Source of the DNA: Pasteurella multocida
GTDB taxonomy: Bacteria; Pseudomonadota; Gammaproteobacteria; Enterobacterales; Pasteurellaceae
Length of the DNA stretch: 32,000 nt
Assembly: GCF_900187275.1 (NCBI RefSeq)
Contig: NZ_LT906458.1
Coordinates: forward strand, 330,001 to 362,000
Reading direction: 5' to 3'
Positions 30,260 to 32,000 of the stretch are shown here, piece by piece. Under the pieces are notes generated by a model, which had not been told where the DNA came from, searched no databases, and saw only the letters and a program-made list of their open reading frames with translations. A program made the translations under genes and the position numbers. Position 1 is the stretch's first letter. Each line of letters starts with the position of its first letter.

Positions 30260-31174
30260 ATGAAGAGATTATTGGATTGTACGGCGTCTGATTTTCAGCA
30301 CATGAATGGACAGCAATTAAAGCAAGCGATTCGTGCGAGCGAAGGACGCGTGATTTTGTCTGAAAATATGGTGGCGGTACAACCGCTTTATCCTAATGTA
30401 ACCAATTCAGAGTTAGCCGCTGCATTTGGTGCTGACCTTATTCTGCTGAATTTATTTGATGTTTTTTCACCAAAAATACAGGGATTGGAATCAGATCCTG
30501 CACATACTGTTGTGCAATTAAAACGTTTAGTTGGGCGCCCAATTGGGATTAATTTAGAGCCAGTGGATGAGCATGCCGTGCAAATCGAAACCTTAGATAC
30601 TCTCGCAAAAGGGCGTTTGGCGACGACAGAGGCATTACAGCAAGCGAAAAAATTAGGTTTTGATTTTGTTTGTTTAACCGGTAACCCTAAAACCGGTGTA
30701 ACCAATACGGAAATCGTGCAAGCAATAAAACGAGCAAGAGCGGTATTGGGTGAGGACGGATTAATTATTGCAGGTAAAATGCATGGTGCGGGTGTGGCAA
30801 ACGAAACGGGAAGTGGTTTGATTTCCGAACAGGATTTAGTCAGCTTTATTGAGGCGGGCGCGGATATTATCTTATTAGCCGCACCGGGTACGATTCCAGG
30901 TATGACCGTCGAAAGAGTGGAAAAGTATGTCCAGTTGATCCACGCGAAAGGGGCATTAGCGTTACTCGCTATTGGTACGAGCCAAGAAGGGGCAGATGAG
31001 GCAACGATCCGACAAATTGCACTCAACAGCAAAATGGCAGGTGCCGATTTGTATCATATTGGTGATGCCGGATTTTACGGCATTGCAGTGCCTGAAAACA
31101 TTATGACGTATTCTATCGCCATTCGAGGGCGACGCCATACTTATGTGAGAATGGCATTATCCACCCATCGCTAA
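30260..31174 (+). CDS. Conserved hypothetical protein, possibly a phosphate-binding (beta/alpha)8-barrel-like enzyme
   Basis: 304-aa ORF from ATG 30260 (the track begins at TTG 30257), with AGGA RBS at 30247-30250. Alternating hydrophobic-strand/helix pattern with three GAD(L/I)(I/Y) motifs, as seen in several barrel enzymes. The family is not recognised with confidence. Confidence 0.7.
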   Translation: MKRLLDCTASDFQHMNGQQLKQAIRASEGRVILSENMVAVQPLYPNVTNSELAAAFGADLILLNLFDVFSPKIQGLESDPAHTVVQLKRLVGRPIGINLEPVDEHAVQIETLDTLAKGRLATTEALQQAKKLGFDFVCLTGNPKTGVTNTEIVQAIKRARAVLGEDGLIIAGKMHGAGVANETGSGLISEQDLVSFIEAGADIILLAAPGTIPGMTVERVEKYVQLIHAKGALALLAIGTSQEGADEATIRQIALNSKMAGADLYHIGDAGFYGIAVPENIMTYSIAIRGRRHTYVRMALSTHR

Positions 31175-31205
31175 CTTTTTTTAACTTTTAAAATGTGTAA
31201 TAAAA

Positions 31206-32000
31206 ATGGAAAAACTCGATTTACTTAAACAAAGCTATAATGAATTGCCCTACGTTTCAAAAGGCTTTTCACATACCTTACCAGAAAGACAACGTGCGGT
31301 GTTGTCTTTGCTAGGTTTTCATACGCCTCATATTGAACACGCCAAGGTGCTGGAAATCGGTTGTGGTTTTGGTGGGAACATTATTTCCAGTGCGTTAATT
31401 CATCCGAACGCGCATTTTGTTGGTGTGGATTTATCGGAAACACAAATCGAGGGAGGCAAAGCAATCGTTAATCAGCTTGGTTTAAAAAATGTGGAGTTAC
31501 TTTGCCAAGATATTTCATTTTTCGAAAATTCCAGCATCAAGTTCGATTATATTGTGTGTCACGGTGTATTTAGTTGGGTACCTGAATCCGTTCGTCGCAA
31601 AATTCTAACGGTGATCAAATCCCATTTAAGTGAAAACGGGGCAGCAACGATTTCGTATAATACTTATCCCGGTTGGAAGTCTTTAGAAGCGCTAAAAGAT
31701 ATGATGACATTCCGTGTGGATTTGTTAGCTAAACAAAATATTCATTTATCGATGCGAGAAAAAGTGGCGTATGGTAAGGGAACGGCGGATTTTTTAAGTC
31801 AGTTTGCCTTAGGCGATAAGCGGATGAAAGACGTGGCTGATGGGATTAAAGATAAAGATGAACATTATATTTATCATGAATATTTTGAAGAATATAATCA
31901 GCCACTTTATTTATATGAATTCAATGAATTACTAGAAGAATATGGACTCGCACATATTTGTGATTCTAGCGTGAGTGCGACTTTCCCGATTTTTAAAGAT
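31206..32000 (+). CDS. Class I SAM-dependent methyltransferase of the type carrying a C-terminal methyltransferase regulatory domain (3' end outside the window)
   Basis: Frame open from ATG 31206 to the window end (265 codons; missing from the ORF track because it has no stop). Has the SAM motif I VLEIGCGFGGN and D.S. at VGVDLS. The N-terminal SYNELPYVSKGFSHTLPERQRAVLSLLGF matches my recollection of the conserved N-terminus of this family. Confidence 0.8.
   Translation, partial: MEKLDLLKQSYNELPYVSKGFSHTLPERQRAVLSLLGFHTPHIEHAKVLEIGCGFGGNIISSALIHPNAHFVGVDLSETQIEGGKAIVNQLGLKNVELLCQDISFFENSSIKFDYIVCHGVFSWVPESVRRKILTVIKSHLSENGAATISYNTYPGWKSLEALKDMMTFRVDLLAKQNIHLSMREKVAYGKGTADFLSQFALGDKRMKDVADGIKDKDEHYIYHEYFEEYNQPLYLYEFNELLEEYGLAHICDSSVSATFPIFKD

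Noticed and set aside
30388-31032. 214-aa ORF antisense to the barrel-like hypothetical gene
   Set aside because: It lies in the antisense frame offset by one nt from the sense codons, where stops need a T/C-ending sense codon followed by a TA- or CA-starting codon (TTA, CTA or TCA across the codon junction). The sense protein is poor in Tyr/His/Gln in this stretch, so the frame stays open by chance. The product is low-complexity and rich in Ser, Pro, Ala and Cys, with no RBS. The sense ORF has the coherent protein-like pattern.

Overview
This window looks like core chromosome of a Pasteurellaceae species, at roughly 40% GC by eye. It carries at least 10 perfect copies of the Haemophilus-type uptake signal sequence (USS) AAGTGCGGT/ACCGCACTT, some paired into terminator hairpins. 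Almost all of it is tightly packed housekeeping genes in blocks whose order matches E. coli and H. influenzae. These are ispB <> rplU-rpmA-yhbE(x2)-obgE; fur-fldA-ybfE and ybfF <> seqA; seqA-menE-mscK-aroC-mepA-yfcA-lpxM; apt-dnaX; a CPA1 antiporter and a yoaB-like RidA gene; a YwiC-like membrane protein plus a secreted Sel1-repeat protein; parE-parC; nspC and carboxynorspermidine dehydrogenase; and an uncharacterised barrel-like protein followed by a methyltransferase truncated at the window edge. I found no rRNA, tRNA, CRISPR array, IS element, prophage or recognisable defence island, and I cannot honestly claim a clear new multi-gene system. Five observations deserve a second look. (1) An in-phase A10 run / A_AAA_AAG slippery site in dnaX has stops two codons into the -1 frame and nine codons into the +1 frame, suggesting tau/gamma recoding. 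(2) A strong intrinsic terminator sits 30 nt upstream of the cation:proton antiporter start. (3) The 266-bp parE-parC spacer contains nested inverted repeats. (4) Two gene pairs of unknown function are present: YwiC-like + Sel1-repeat, and barrel-like DUF + regulatory-domain methyltransferase, the latter next to the norspermidine genes. (5) yhbE is tandemly duplicated inside the rplU-obgE operon. Protein identifications rest on recalled family motifs and E. coli sequences, not on database searches.
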